Source of the DNA: Cyanophora paradoxa CCMP329
Lineage: Eukaryota; Plantae; Glaucophyta
Reading direction: 5' to 3'
DNA length: 64,000 nt
NCBI GenBank assembly: GCA_004431415.1
Contig: QPMI01000454.1
Location: 21,558-85,557 of the forward strand
The translations under genes and the position numbers were made by a program. The notes under the pieces were generated by a model. That model saw nothing but the letters and a program-made list of their open reading frames with translations, ran no database searches and was not told the origin of the DNA. Positions 22,855 through 36,000 of the stretch are shown one piece after another; positions within the stretch are counted from its first letter, which is position 1; every line of letters starts with the position of its first letter.

Positions 22855-25800
22855 TCAGATGTTGTAGTGGTTGATCTGCGTGGCCTGCGTGCGGGGCGAG
22901 CGGTCGTGAGCACGAGAGCCGCGGCGCAAGCTTTGAAGCAAAAGCTTCAACCGCGGCGCCGGCGGGGGCCGACTCGTTGCAAGCGCCTCGCACCTCGATG
23001 AAGGCCCTGTTGAGCTCCTTCTGGAAGAGGGCGGGGGTGCTGGACTTGGGGACGAGGGTCTCGAGGCGCTTGGAGCGGGCCTCCTGGCGGTAGGCGGGGC
23101 GGCCCTTCTCGGGGAGGAACTCGGCGCTGGGGGCCGCGAGGGGCGCCCCGAGCTCGGCGTCGCGGAGGGCGTCGGCGAGGCGGACGAAGAGGGAGGCGCC
23201 CTCGAGGTGGCGGATCTGGCGGGAGGCGAGGGCGCTGGCGAGGAGCTCGGTGCAGGAGCTGTACGCGAGGTCCTCGACGAGGTGCTCGGGGATGGCCCCC
23301 GCGAAGAGCGGCAGCTGGTAGGAGCCCGTCCGCACGTACGGCTCCCCCGGCACCGCCACGAAGACCGGCAGCACCGCGAAGCCCACGGGGGTCACCTGGG
23401 GGGGCAGGAGGAGACGAGTCAGAAGAGGGGCGGGGCGGGGGGGGGAGGGGGCGGGGGGCGCGCCGGGGTGCGGCCCTTGGACTTCTCGCCGATGGCGCGG
23501 ACGTCGATGATGAGGCAGAGGTGCGGCCGGTACTCCACGTCCTTGTACGCCTGCCGCCCGGCGTCGGCGTCGGGGCCAGAAGGAATGCGCGTCGCAACTT
23601 GGAGGGAGGAGCGGGGGGCACGCACGTGCCAGCCGTCGAGCCAGCGCGGGTGCTTCATGTCCGCCTGGAAGTCGTCTGGGGTACGGGTAAGGGAGGGGGG
23701 GGGAAGCAGAGGACCGGCGTACCGGAGAGGGTGAACTCGACGTCGTCGGTGAGGGGCGGCTGGCGGTAGAAGCTGCCGGGCGGGGCCAGGCTGTAGATCG
23801 CCTTCGCCGGCACGCTCTTCGGCAGGTTCGTCGCCCCGTCCACGCTCACCTGCCCGCCGCGCGCGTCAGTCCCGGCGGGGGGTGCGGGTGGCGCAAGCGG
23901 GGCGGGGCGGGCCTTGAAGCCGAGGCGGCTGTCGTAGCGGACGGCGTACGCGTAGTCGAGCATGGGGACCTCGGCCGGCCACGGCGCCGCCTTGAGCCGC
24001 TCGCCCAGCCACGCCACCAGCTCCTCCTCCGACTGCCCCCGCCTGAGCCGCGGCGCCGGCGGGAGGCGTGGGGGTGGATGCGGACCCGGAAGGAGGGCGT
24101 CTGGCCCCGCTCCGCCGCCCGGGCGACCGCCACTGCGCGGGGGCCGCGTCGGGCCGGGGCGGCGAGGGGGCGGGAAGGGGGGAATCGCACTCTTGACGGG
24201 GACGGTCTCGCGGGCGGCGCGCTGGGCGTAGATCTGGAGCTCGGCGGGGCCCGGCCTCCCGCAGCGGCCCGTGTCGTACTTGCCCTCCGCGTACGCCGGC
24301 GTCCGCCGCACCAGCCCTGCGCCCCCGAGTGAGGCGGGCGCGGCCGGCGAGGCCGCTGCGGGGGGCGGGGCGGACCGAGGGCCTCCCAGTCGGCGGGGCT
24401 GATCTCGCGGACGGAGAGGACGCGCAGGCCGTCCTTCGAGCGCGCCGCCCGGTGGATCCGCACCAACACCGTGCTCGCCGGCACCCTAAGGAGAAGTCAA
24501 GAGGGGGAGGGTACAGGGGGGCGGGGGGGAGGGCACGGGGGGAACTGCTCGAGGAAGGCGGCGTCGAAGGCGCCGAGGCGCGCCGGGGGCCGCCCCCGTC
24601 GCAGCGGCAGCTGGAAGGCCCCCTCGTTCAGCAGCAGCTCCTGTCCCGCACGCCGTCAGCGGCGGGGAGGGCGGGGCGGCGCCGGCGCTCGGGTGGGGCG
24701 GGCGGGACGGGCCTGGACGTTGGGGCGCTGGGGCTGGGCCCCCGTGCGCGCGTCCACGAAGACGTTCAGCGCCGCCGTCCCCACGCACTCCACCTGCCGC
24801 CCCAGCGGCTCAGCGGGGTGCAGCGGAGGCGTGTTTATAGAGGGGAGAGGGGCGGGCCCGGCGGGAGTGGGCGTTGACGGCGAGGAGCTCGACGAGGAGG
24901 GTGCAGGTGGCGTCGAACTGGAGGGCGCGGTACTCCCCCCGCAGCCGATACTCGGGGCTCCCCGCCCCGCTCGCCAGCTCCGCGAGCCGCTCGTGCGGCT
25001 CCCCCACCGTCGAGTAGTCCCGCGTCACCAGCCGCGCCACAGCCTGCCGGTGCGCCCTCTCAGAAGGCGGCACGAAGGGCGGGGGCCTCAGGGCGGGCGG
25101 GCCTTGGAGACGGTGACGTTGTCGGGGAGGAAGCGGGCGGCGTCGACGTACACGTCGAAGCCGTCGCCCCGCTGGAAGGGCTCAGCCGGGGGCGCCCCGC
25201 CCCGCCCCTCCACGAATGGCGCCCCCGGCCCGCCCCGCGCCGCCCCCGGCGAGAGCGGCGAGAGGGCGGCGCCTCCCGCCGCCGCCGCGCTGGCGTTCAT
25301 CGTGGAGCGGCGGCCGGCGAGGGCGACGGGGACGGGGCCGGAGGCGGGCCCGGGCGGGGCGGAGGGGGCGGCCTCGGCGGTGCGGGGCGGCTGGAGGGGG
25401 TCGAAGAGGCGCAGCACAAGGGCCGCACCGCCGTTGTACGGGAGGGCCCCCGGCGGCCCCGCCCCGCGATCGACTTGCTCGGGCCGACCAGCCGCCCCCC
25501 GCCCGCCCCCGAGCCCCGCGCGTTCCCCGGCGGCGACGCCCCGCCGGCGAGGGCGCCATGGGAGGCCGGGGCGGGCCCCCGGTACAGGGGCAGGGACTGC
25601 TGCCCGACGGCGACGGCTGCGGCGGGCGTCAGGCGCGGAACAGGGAGAAAGAAGAGAGGTGGGCGGGGCGGGCCGAGGCGGCCGGTGACGGGGTCCTCGT
25701 GGAAGGCCGGCGCGCTCGCCCACGCCACCGCCTCCTCTCGCGTCTCCTCCCCGCGCCCCGCCCCGGAGCCGGGCATCGGGGGCGCCCCCGAGCCCCCGGG

Positions 25801-28800
25801 CCGCAGGCCCCCGCCGCTCAGCACGCGGGGCAGTGGCTGCGGGGCGTCGGGGGCGGCTCGAGCGAAGGCGCCGGCGGGGCTCGGACCCGCGTCTCGTGGA
25901 GCTCGAAGAGGGCGAGGGCGCCCGGTTCGATGGGGACACCAGACAGGACGCCCTTCTGGCCCCACGCCACCTTCCCGAGGGACCGCATCTGCGGCCGGCG
26001 GCGTCGGCCGCGCGCGGGCAACGTGTGGGGAGCCGGCGGGCGGGCCTCGCCGAAGCCGGTGCTCCAGGCGAGGGGCGCCCCCGTGGCGACGTGGAGGAGC
26101 GGGGCGCCGTCGGGGCCCACGAGGGAGAGGGCGAGGCGCAGCGGGCCCGTGTCCGACCCCAGCGACTCCACGTGCTGCGCCAGCACCCCACGCTGCCGCC
26201 CCGGCCTCAGCCGGGCGAGAGGCGGGCGGCGCGGGCGGCGCGGCGGCTCGCCTGAGCTCGGGGGCGGGGCGGCGCCGGGGCGGCCGGCGGGAGGCGAGGG
26301 GCTCGAAGGAGGCCCGCGGGGAGGGCCCGTCGGCGAAGGAGGAGCGGGCCGGCGCAGCCTCCCGCCGCTGCGCCGCACCCGCTCGGCGCCCGCGGCGGGG
26401 CGGGTCGGGGCGGGGCGGGGCGCGGATGGGATGTACCGGGGAGGCGGTGAGCTCGGTGGCCGGGGCGGCGGAGGGGCCCCCGAACTTGGCCGCGTACGAG
26501 GGGGGGTATTTGTACCTGAAAGGAGAGAGCCGCTCAACCGCCCGATCCGGACGGCTCGGGAAGGGTGCGGGGCGGGGGCGGGCGGGGGGCACCGGGGGCG
26601 GGCGGCGTCGTTGACGGGGAAGCGCTCGTAGAGGTCGGCGTCGGCGGCGGCGCAGAGGCGGAGGTAGAGCTCGGCGGAGGGGATCCGCGGCAGCTCCAGC
26701 AGGTCGGCGAGGGCGATGTCCGTCCGCACCGCCGGCCGGAAGAGCGGCAGCCGCAGCAGCCCCGCGTTCAGCGTCGTCCCTGCGCGAGCGCCGTTCGGCG
26801 CGGGGCGGGGCGGCGAGGGCGGAGGGGGAAGGCGGCGGGCCTCGGGCGGCGGAGGGGTCGCCGCCGGGCGGGTTGCCCCCGAAGAGGTCGAGCATGGCCC
26901 AGCCGACGGACTGCACGCGCGGCGGCTGCCCCGCCTCCCCCAGCTGCAGCGCCCCTCAGAGAGAGCGGCGGGGGCGCCGGCGACGGCGAGGCGCGAGCAG
27001 TCGGCAGGCGGGGTGGCGGGCGGGCGGGCCTGGGTGACGTGCTGGAGCTCGACGATGAGGGTGAGGGAGGAGCTCGGCTCGACGCCCTCGTAGGAGCGCG
27101 AGAGGGCGAAGATGCACTTGTTCGACCCCGCCGACTCCGCCTCGCACTCCGCCGTCGGCGCCGCGCGCAGCGAGCCCTGCGCACCCCCCGTGAGGCGCGA
27201 GGGGGAGCGGAGACAACGTCGCCCGAGCGGAGTGCGGGCGCGCGCACGCGGGAGAGCTGGCCGTTCTCGTAGAGGCCGAAGACGAGGCGGGCGCGGGCGA
27301 CGCGCTTCGGGAGCCCCACCGCAAAGTCCCTGCCCCCGCGACTCAGAAGGGAAGAGGAGAGGGAAAGGGCGGGGCGGGCGGGCCAGAAGAGGGCGAAGCC
27401 GTCGTCGGGCTCGTAGGCGGAGTGGCGGACGAGGGCCGCCCCGGGGTCCGCCGGCAGCTCCCGCGCCAGCCGCTTCCGGTACCTGCCGGCCCCGTGACCC
27501 CTTTGCGGGAAAGAGGGGCGGGGCGGGGGGGCGGACCGGGCCTCGAGGATGGCGCGCTCCTGGCCCTCCTTCCAGCGCTCCTCCTCCAGCCGCTGCCGGC
27601 CCCGCTCCGCCTCCGCCCGCATCCGCTCCACCCGCGCCCCCACCGCCACCCGCTCCGCCTGCCGCCCCCGCCCCCGCACGCCTCAGCCGCTCCGAGCGCG
27701 CGTTGCTCGGGCGGGGCGGGGTGCGCCCGCCTCGTAGCGGAGGCGCGTCATCTCGGCGATGTGCTCCTGCCGCATGCGCCGCAGCTCCGAGTCGGCCGGC
27801 AGCAGCGCTGCGCGGCGCGTCAGCGGCGCGGGAGGCGAGGGGCGGGGGCGTGGCGGGGGGCGCGCCGAGCTCCTCGTCAGTGATGAGGGGCGCCCCGAGG
27901 CCAGCCAGGTCCCCCGCCAGCGTCCCCTCCGCCCCAACGCCCCGCTGCCCGCCCCGACCCCGCCCGCCCCACCCCGCCCCCGCCGCCGGCCGCCCCGGCC
28001 CCGCCGGCGACGTCGAGGCCCTCGATCCGCGCGTGCAGCTTCGTCAGCATCGTCTCCAGCGCTGCGGGGCACCGCTCGACGCTTAGCGGCGCAGGGTCCA
28101 CCGGGGGGGCGGAGCGGGGCCGGGCACCTTTTCGCTGCTCGTCGGCGCGGGCGCGCTCGCGGCGCTCCTTGGCGCGCTCGAGCTGGGGGCGGGGTGAGGC
28201 GGGGGAGGGTCCGGGGCGGCGGGCGGGACGGGGCGGGCGGGCCTCCTCCTGGAGGCGCTTGCTCTCCGCCTCGTGCTGCGCCAGCAGCGCCTGCGTCGCC
28301 GCCACCTGCTGCTGCACCTGCCCGGCCCCGCCCCGTCTGCGACGGCCGCGAGCGCGGGGACGGCGGGGGCGGGCGGGCCTGCATCACGACGGGGCTCGCG
28401 CCCATGGCGCCCATCGCACCCATGTAGGGGTCGGGGTACATGCCCGGGACGGGCACGGGCTGCATCGCCGCGTACGGGTTCGCCCCCAGGAGCGCCCCCG
28501 GCGGCGCCCCGGGGATCGCCCCCGGGGGCAGCCCGGGGTACGGGAAGCCGGGGGCGAAGCCCGGGGGCACGCCCATCTGGAAGGGGTTGGCGAAGGGCAT
28601 GGGCGGCATGCCGGCGGGGAAGGGGGGCGGAAAGGCCCCCGGGCCCGGGAAGCTCGGGGGCGGGGCCGGGGCCGGGGCCGGGGCTGGGGCTGGGGCGGGG
28701 GCCAGGGCGTGCGGGGAGGGCTCCGGGGGGCGTGCGGGAGGGCTCGGGGCGGGGCGGCTCGGGGGCGGGCTCCTGGGGCGGAGGGAGGAGGCGGAGGCCG

Positions 28801-30420
28801 AGGTGCCCGGGGGCCCGGGCCGGCGTCGGGGCGGCCACCGTCAGCTGCGGCCGCACGCTCCCGCTCGGCGCCGGCGCAGTCGGCGCGGCCGGCTGCGGCG
28901 GGGCGCTCGGCGGCCGCGCGGGGCGGGGCGGGCAGGGGCGGGACGGGGCGCACGACGGTGAGGTAGGGGAGGGCTCGACGACGGGCGCCGGCGCCGGCCG
29001 CCGCGACGCGTGCAGCGACGGATTGGCCGGCGGCTGCGCCCCTCCAGGGAGCGCGCGCGGGGCAGGCCCAGGCCCGGCGCCGGCCCCGCCTCGCCTCGGG
29101 CGGAGTCGGGGGCGGGGCGGCCCGCCAGAGCTGCGGGGCGGCGCCGAAGCCGCCCTCGGCGGGGGCGAAGGCGGGCGGCGGCTCGGCGGAGCTGGGCCGC
29201 GAGCGGCGCCCGTAGAGGGGCGCCGGCGGGGGCGAGGCCTGCCGCGGGCCGGCGCCGGGCGGCGGCCCCAGGTCAACGTCGGCGCCCGAGCGGATCTGCG
29301 GGGCGGCGGGTAAGGGCGGGGCGGGAGCGAGGCGGAGAGGCGGGGCGGGGCGGGGCGGGCCTTCTCGACGAGGCCGAGGGTGCGGTCGCGCTCGGCGCGG
29401 AGGGCGGCGAGGCGCTCCTCGTCCCGCTCCTGCCGCTCGCGCACCTGCTCCAGCACCCGCCGCGCGTCCCGCCCCGCCTCCCGCGCCCCCGGCCCCGCCA
29501 CTGCCTCCAGCTGCCGCCCCAGCCGCTGCCGCTCCGCCTCCAGCCTGCGCGCGCCCCTCAGGCGACCCGGAGCGTGGCGGGGCGGGACGAACGGACCCCT
29601 CCTTCTCCTTGCGGATGGCGCCGATGCGCTCGCCGCGCTCGCGGGCGAGGGCCTGGTACTTGGCGAGGCGGTCCGGGTCCTGCCGCCCCACCATCGCCCG
29701 CCGCAGCTCCTCCGCCTGCTGCTCCTTCGCCCGCCTGCGCCCCCGCTCGCACCCGCGGGGCCTGCGGCGGGCGCTGGGGCCTCGGGGCGGGGCGGGGCGG
29801 CGGACGCGTTCTCCTCCTCGACGCGGCGGAGGTGGGCGTGGAGGCCCTCGATCTCGCGGAGGACCTCGGCCTCGCGCGCCGCCAGCTCCTCCCGCTCCCG
29901 GCTGAACGACTCGACCTCCCGCAGCCGGTCCTCCTCCAGCGCCGTCAGCCGGTCCCGCTCCAGGTTCTGCAGGTTCCGCCGCAGCGCCTCCTTCTCCATC
30001 CGCGCCCGGAGCTCGCTCGCACGCTTCAGGTCCTGCTCCATGATCTGCGCCCCGCTCGCCCGCCGCCGCCGCCGCCGCCGCCGCCGGCCGGCCGGGCGAG
30101 GAGGAGGAGCGCACGAGCTTCTCTATCTCGTCCTCCTCCACAGAAGGTGCGAGCAGCTCCGCGCGCTGCATCGCCACCTCCCGCAGCTCCCGGTCCCGCT
30201 CCCGCTGCCGCGCGCCCAGGATCTCCTGCGCGAGCTGGTCCAGCTGGTCGGGCTCCACCGTCCAGCGGTCGGGGCCCAGCAAGCCACGCCCGCCGCCCGC
30301 ATCGCCAGAGGGCCTTGCCGCCTGCGCAGGAACATTAACCGTGAACCCCCAGCGGCGCGTTAGCTAAGGACGGACCGGCAGCGCGGCGCGCATGAGCTCG
30401 GAGATCCGGCCGTCCGCCAT
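22855..30420 (-). CDS. Large coiled-coil protein with C2-like domains, CCDC17-like, many exons
   Basis: N-terminal coiled-coil exons (MEQDLKRASELRARMEKEALRRNLQ), Pro-rich segment, then YEPDDGFALFW/DFAVGLP, VGWAMLDLF, GDGFDVYVDAARFLPDNVTVS, GFAVLPVF..GSYQLPLF; ends ATQINHYNI-stop. Family assignment is from recalled motif similarity only. Confidence 0.6.
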
Positions 30421-30772
30421 GTACTATTCGAGCCTATCGGAGCGCTGTCATGGCGAAGCTGCGCCCTGCCTGGCGGAGCGAGCCGCTTTCAAAGATGGCC
30501 GCCGTGCTGGCTGCGTTCGCTGGCGCTTGCTGAATCTCTCAACTTGTAGCTAGGGGCTACTTCAAATTGCCGTTGCAATTGGAGCGGACCGCGAAGCTGT
30601 GGGTGCTGTTGGAAGCTTAAGCGACGCCCGCCGGAGCCGAACCGGCGAAGGGCGGAGGGGGGGAGGAGGGGGAGAGGGGCGACGGACGGGTAGAGCTGGA
30701 AGTTCCACTGACAGTCAGTTTGCAAGGGCCTGCGGACATCCGGCGCGGTCCAGCCGCGCCCAGCGACTTGCA

Positions 30773-32260
30773 ATGATGAAGAACAGCACGCTTCGCGATG
30801 ACGACACGGCCCTGGCGTCCAGGGCGCTCATTCCCCGTTTGCGGGTGCGCCCCCACGGCCACGCTGCAGATCCTGGTGTTATGTTGGAATTCTGACGCGG
30901 TTTTTCTGCAGGGGAGCGCTGTCGCCTGCAAGAAGAAGCGCGGCTGCAAGCCTGTCATGAAAATCAGCCGGCGCATCGACCGGAAGACGGGGCGAAAGGT
31001 GGTCGTCGTAAAGGAGAATGGCATGGTGTCATACGTCGTGCCCAGGGCGCTCAAGGGTGTCCTGAAGACTCATGTGAACGCTCCGGCCGCGGATGCCGCG
31101 AAGCTCCAGATTCGCAGTCTGGAAAACGATAACATCGTTCGCTTCATCCAGCTCTCCGGAAGCGATCAAAGCGTCGTCCGGCTTCGCGCGCCTTCGGCTT
31201 CTCAGAACGTCATCTGCTTCTTCGCGGAGAAGGGCTTCCCCACCAACACGCCCGTCACCGTCACCGTCAAGGATGACGATGGCCTTGTTGACGCAATCGA
31301 GCTTCTTGTTCTCACCAAGGCCCAAGGTTCGCGGGCATCCCTGCATCCCGCTGGCCGTGAACGCGGCGTCTATGCTGACGGCGCATGCAATCGCTCGCGC
31401 AGCCTCCGACTACATGGACCTCGATGAATTTCTCGAGATGAAGGAGAAGGACAAGCGGACAGCAGCAGCCGCCGCCGCCACCGCCGCCGCCGCGGTCTCC
31501 GTTGCGGCCCAGCCCGCGGCGCCTGCCCCCGCGTGTCCGGCCGCCCTGGTTGTGGCCCCGCCCAATCCTCCCTCGCCACTTGCTGCGGCTGTTCCGTTAG
31601 CGCCGGTTTCGGCGCCTGCCCCCGTGTCCCCGGCCGCCTCGGCCGTGGCGTCGCCCGCGGCGCCCTCGCCGCCGGCTGCGGCCCGTCCCGTGGCGCCAAG
31701 ATCGGCGCCTGCCCCCGCGTCTCCGGCCGCCCTTGCCGCGACCATGCCCGCAGCGCCCTCCCCGGCGGCTGCGGCCGCCCCTGCGGTGCTCCTCCCGATC
31801 GGGGAGTTCGGCGGCAAGCTGGACGCGCTCCTCGGGCTCGGCGAGGGCGCGCCGGCCGCCCCCATCCCGGCCATGATCGATCAGCGCGACGGGGGCTTCA
31901 ACGGGCTCCCGATGATCCTCCCCGGCCTGCCGGCGTCGGACGACGAGGCCGGCGCGGAGGAGCACGCGCCCTTCGCGCTCGAGGGCGACGGCTGGACGCT
32001 CCTCGAGCAGCTCTTCGCCGCCCTCGGGTATGACCCCAGCGGGCTCCCGCTGGCCCTCGCTGCCCTCCCGGCCATCGGGCTGGCCGGCTCGCCATCCCCG
32101 GCACCGCCCCCGGTGGTCGACCCGGTCCTCCAGCTTTTCATCGAGAGTCTTCTGCTTGAGGCTGACGAGCTCATTAAGGTTGGCTCTTCTGCCCATGTCT
32201 GTTTTTTCCTGCCTTAATCGCTCGGCGCAGGATGAAGCCAGTTTCTCGGGCGCCCCTTAG
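30773..32260 (+). CDS. Hypothetical protein: basic/beta-rich N-terminal domain, Ala/Pro-rich repeats, acidic-hydrophobic C-terminus
   Basis: Coding-like exons (~30911-31327, ~31402-32178) linked by short introns; three internal APAPxxPAA repeats at ~31519, 31612, 31704. Family not recognised. Confidence 0.55.
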
Positions 32261-33057
32261 CTTTGGTTCTCGACACTACGCATCGCTTCTTGCAAGCGTA
32301 AAGATCGATTACCATGTTGGGAGCTCTTCCCTTTCCGTACGGTTTCTTCCTCAAGCCCTAGCTGCAGTAGACTCCAATCGTTTCCATTTTCCTCGCCAAT
32401 TGCAAGCATGTCATCAATTTCGGAGGCGCAACGCTTCGTTGCGTTGACTTCGAGCTCGCCCCATTTGAATGTCCTTACAAGCTTTGCCCTAGTTCTTCAG
32501 CTGTACATTTTCACGGCCGTAGTTGGACCCCCTATCGACCCTCGTTAGCTCGTGTGGTCAAGGGGGCCCTTGTACATGTCATGTACGCATTCATGTCTCG
32601 TTCCGTCTCTCTCTTGCAATTGAACTTTGCCACGGCGTACGCGTGATCGGGGAGGGCGGCTTGACTTGCAATTGCAATTGCCAAGTTGGGGGCTCCGATC
32701 CGGATCCATATGCATGCCAGCTGCAGCTGCAGCTGCATGCGCAGGGCCGGCCGCGCGCGCGCGGGGGGCCGGCACCGGGCTGCAGCTGGGACGGCCGCGC
32801 GCGCGCACGGGGGGCCGGCACTGGGCTTTGCACTGCCGTCGCACTGTACCCCTCTGGATTCTGCAGCGCCTTGCAATTGCGGCTAAGCGGGGGTTCAGCC
32901 TGCGTCGTCAGCCTTCAGAAGCACGCGCCGCATTCCTAGAAAGCTCACGATCATCGCAGCCTTCCCCGCGGTCGGTGCTGTCGGCCAGGCTGCGCTGCCT
33001 CGCCTGTATACGTACGGATCGCAAACAGCATACGTGCGTGATAGCGTAGCATCGGTC

Positions 33058-36000
33058 ATGTTCACGTTCTTCGCCCCTTGGCAGCTGCCGGCCTTCGCGC
33101 ACGCGGCCACGCCGGCCCTCCCGACCGCGAACCGCATCCGCGCTAGCGCATGGAAGTCTGCCAACCTACAAGCATCGGTGACCGCCCGCGCGGGCGTGGG
33201 CCTCCGCGCCTTCTTCTTCAGCGGCAGTGCCCCGCCGCTCCGGGTGCAGCCAGCGACAAGCACTTTTGGCTCTCTTGATCGCATGACGCGAGCCGACGCT
33301 GCCAGTGGCGCGCGTGGCGGCCGTCGCGGCGGCGGGGGGCGCAGCGGCTCCCAGCTGCAGGTGGTCCCCACCGCTCGCGAACGTCCCTTCAGTCCCCGTC
33401 CGCTGACGGCGTGCGGACGTCCGCGCGCGCAGGCCGATTATGGCGCGCATCCGGCCGCCAGGAACCGCCAGATCCGTGCGAGCCGTGCCGCGAGCGGCGA
33501 TCCTGAGCAGGCAGCGCCTCGGGGCGCTTTCCAGGCCGGGTATCCCGCCGCCGACGGAGCTCGCGACGGCACGCGCGGAGGCCGCAGTCGTCGCGGTGGC
33601 GGGCGCGGTGGCAGTCGCGGCGGCGTGGGAGATCGGCCCCAGTCGGCCCAGCAGCGCCCCCGGTCTGCCCTGCAGCAGCCGCAGCAGCAGCCGCAGCGTG
33701 GGCAGCGTGCGCCGCCCGCCGAGGCCGGTGCCAACGGCTCCGCCCCCGCGGCGGACGTTGTGACGCGGCACCACACCCACGGCCACGGCGACGGCGGCCA
33801 CCAGTGAGCCGGGGCCCCGTTCGCCCGTTCCCGTACTCGACCCTGAAACCCTCTTAGGTACGCTCACCCCGTGAACATCCACACCGTGCTATTTCTTTCT
33901 CTCCTCTCAAACTGGCCCCGCCTGAAACCGAGGCAGGACGACGCGGTGAACGTGCACACGGCGTCCAAGCAGCCGTTCAGCTCGATGCCCCTCAGCCCGG
34001 CCACCGTCCAGGCCATGGAGAGCCCGGAAGGTCCGCCGGCCTCGCTCTCCGCGCCCGCCGTACCCCCCTGATCGCCTCTTCGAGCAGGCTTCGGCTTCCA
34101 CTACAGTGCGCTCTGTTGCCCGCGATCCGCTCACCGCTGCCCAACCCCGTACCCCCAGTGACCGAGATCCAGGCGCTCGCGTACCAGCACCTCCTCGCCG
34201 GTGAGGACCTCCTCGCGCGCGCCAAGACCGGCTCCGGAAAGACCCTCGGTTCGACTCCCCCCGCCGCCGGGTTTTTCCCTGAGAATCTAACGGAAGCGCA
34301 GCATTTATGGTACCCGTCGTGGAGGCCCTCCTCCGCCGCCGCTCCTCCGGTACCCCCCCCCCCCCCCCCCCCCCGCTGCCTCCAAATCTCCATGAATAAC
34401 CCCGCGGCTGTGAAGGCATCGGGGCGCTGGTGCTGACGCCAACGCGCGAGCTAGCCCTCCAGATCGAGCAGCAGGTCAAGGTCCTGGTGCGTACCCCCTC
34501 CCCCCCCCCCCCCGCCTGAAGAGGGTGCAGCTGAGCTTCCACGCCTCGCTGTCGGTCTTCACGGTGATGGGCGGCACGAACATGCGCACCGAGGCCGCCC
34601 GCCTCCTCGGCCGCCAGGTCCATCCCGCCCCCCGCTCCCCACGCCATCTTCTCCTGAAGGGCCGCCAGGGCCCGCCCTCGATCCTCATCGCCACCCCGGG
34701 CCGCCTGGTCGACCACATTCAAGTGCCCGCCCCGCCCCCCGCCCCCCGCCCGGCCCCGTCAGCCCTGCGACCGTGGGCAGAACACGCGGGGGTTCACGGA
34801 GGCGCTGACGCGGGAGCTGCGCGTGCTCGTCCTCGACGAGGCCGACCGCATGCTCGACCAGGGCTTCCAGCCCCAGGTGGAGGCGGCCCCGCCCCCGCCC
34901 CGGCCCCGGCGCCCACCCCGCCCCAGATGGAGAAGATCCTGGCCGTCCTCCCCCGCAACGGCCGCCAGACGGCCCTCTTCTCGGCGACCCTGCAGGGCTC
35001 CGTGCAGGGCATCAAGCGCGCCCCCCGCGCCCCCGAGCGCGCCGTCGGCGGGCTCTGACGGGGAGGGGCCGCTGGCAGGAACCTGTCGCTGCGGGCGGAC
35101 CACGCCTTCGTGTCGACCGTGCGCGAGGACGAGGCCCTCACCAACGCCCGCTGCAAGCAGGCCCGCCCCCGCCCCCTCTTCCCTCCCGTCCGCCCTTGGA
35201 TGGACCCTGGGGCCTGAGCGCGGCCCGCCCGCAGGAGGTGGTCGTCGCGCCGGACTCGGCCTACTTCCACACCGTCGCCCAGGCGCCCTCTCCGCCCCCC
35301 TGCGCCCCGCCTCTTCTCAGGGCGGGGCAGATCCTGCAGGCGAACCGCCACTGCAAGACAATCGTCTTCTTCCCGGTTCCGCGCCCCCTCCACCGCGGCG
35401 CCCGCCCCGCTGACCGCGGGCGGGCAGACGACGCGGCTGGTGGACTTTGCGGAGGAGGCCTTCCGGCTCCTCGGCATCCCCGTCGTCAAGCTCACGGCCC
35501 GCCCCCGCGCCCCGGGCCCCCGTCCGCCGCCCTGAGGCGGGCGCCCCGCAGGGCCGCATGTCCCAGGCGAGCCGAACCAGGACCTTCTTCTCCTTCTGCG
35601 ACGCCCCCGGCAGGTCCGCCTTCCTTCCCCGGCCCCCGCCCTCCCCGCCCCGCGTCTCACCGCCTCGCGCAGCGCCGGGGGCGGCTCGGGCGGCGTGATG
35701 GTCTGCACGGACGTGGCCGCCCGCGGCCTCGACATCCCCGACGTCGAGGTTCGACTCCGCGCGGTTCCTTTCGCAAGCTCGGGTTTGATTCTGGATCCTG
35801 AGAGCTCCCCCGCAGCTGATTGTACAGGCCGGCATCCCGTCCGCTGTGGTGCGCTGCCTTCAGATCCTGTACCCCGAATCGAAGGCTTGACGTCCGTACC
35901 CCCGCAGGAGGAGTACATCCACCGCATCGGCCGCACGGCCCGCGCCGGCAACACCGGCCGCGCGGTTTGCGCTTTTCGTACCCCTGCCTTCGTGTTCTAA

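Noticed and set aside
4861-30360. Many long Arg/Pro/Gly/Ala-rich ORFs (up to ~650 aa) on both strands
   Set aside because: Stop-poor by-products of extreme GC; they cross introns and are off-frame or antisense to the recognisable spliced genes.
33804-33936. Recursive splice site or zero-length exon at TTAG|GTAC
   Set aside because: A 13-nt microexon (33858-33870) followed by a GTGAAC donor restores the frame more simply.
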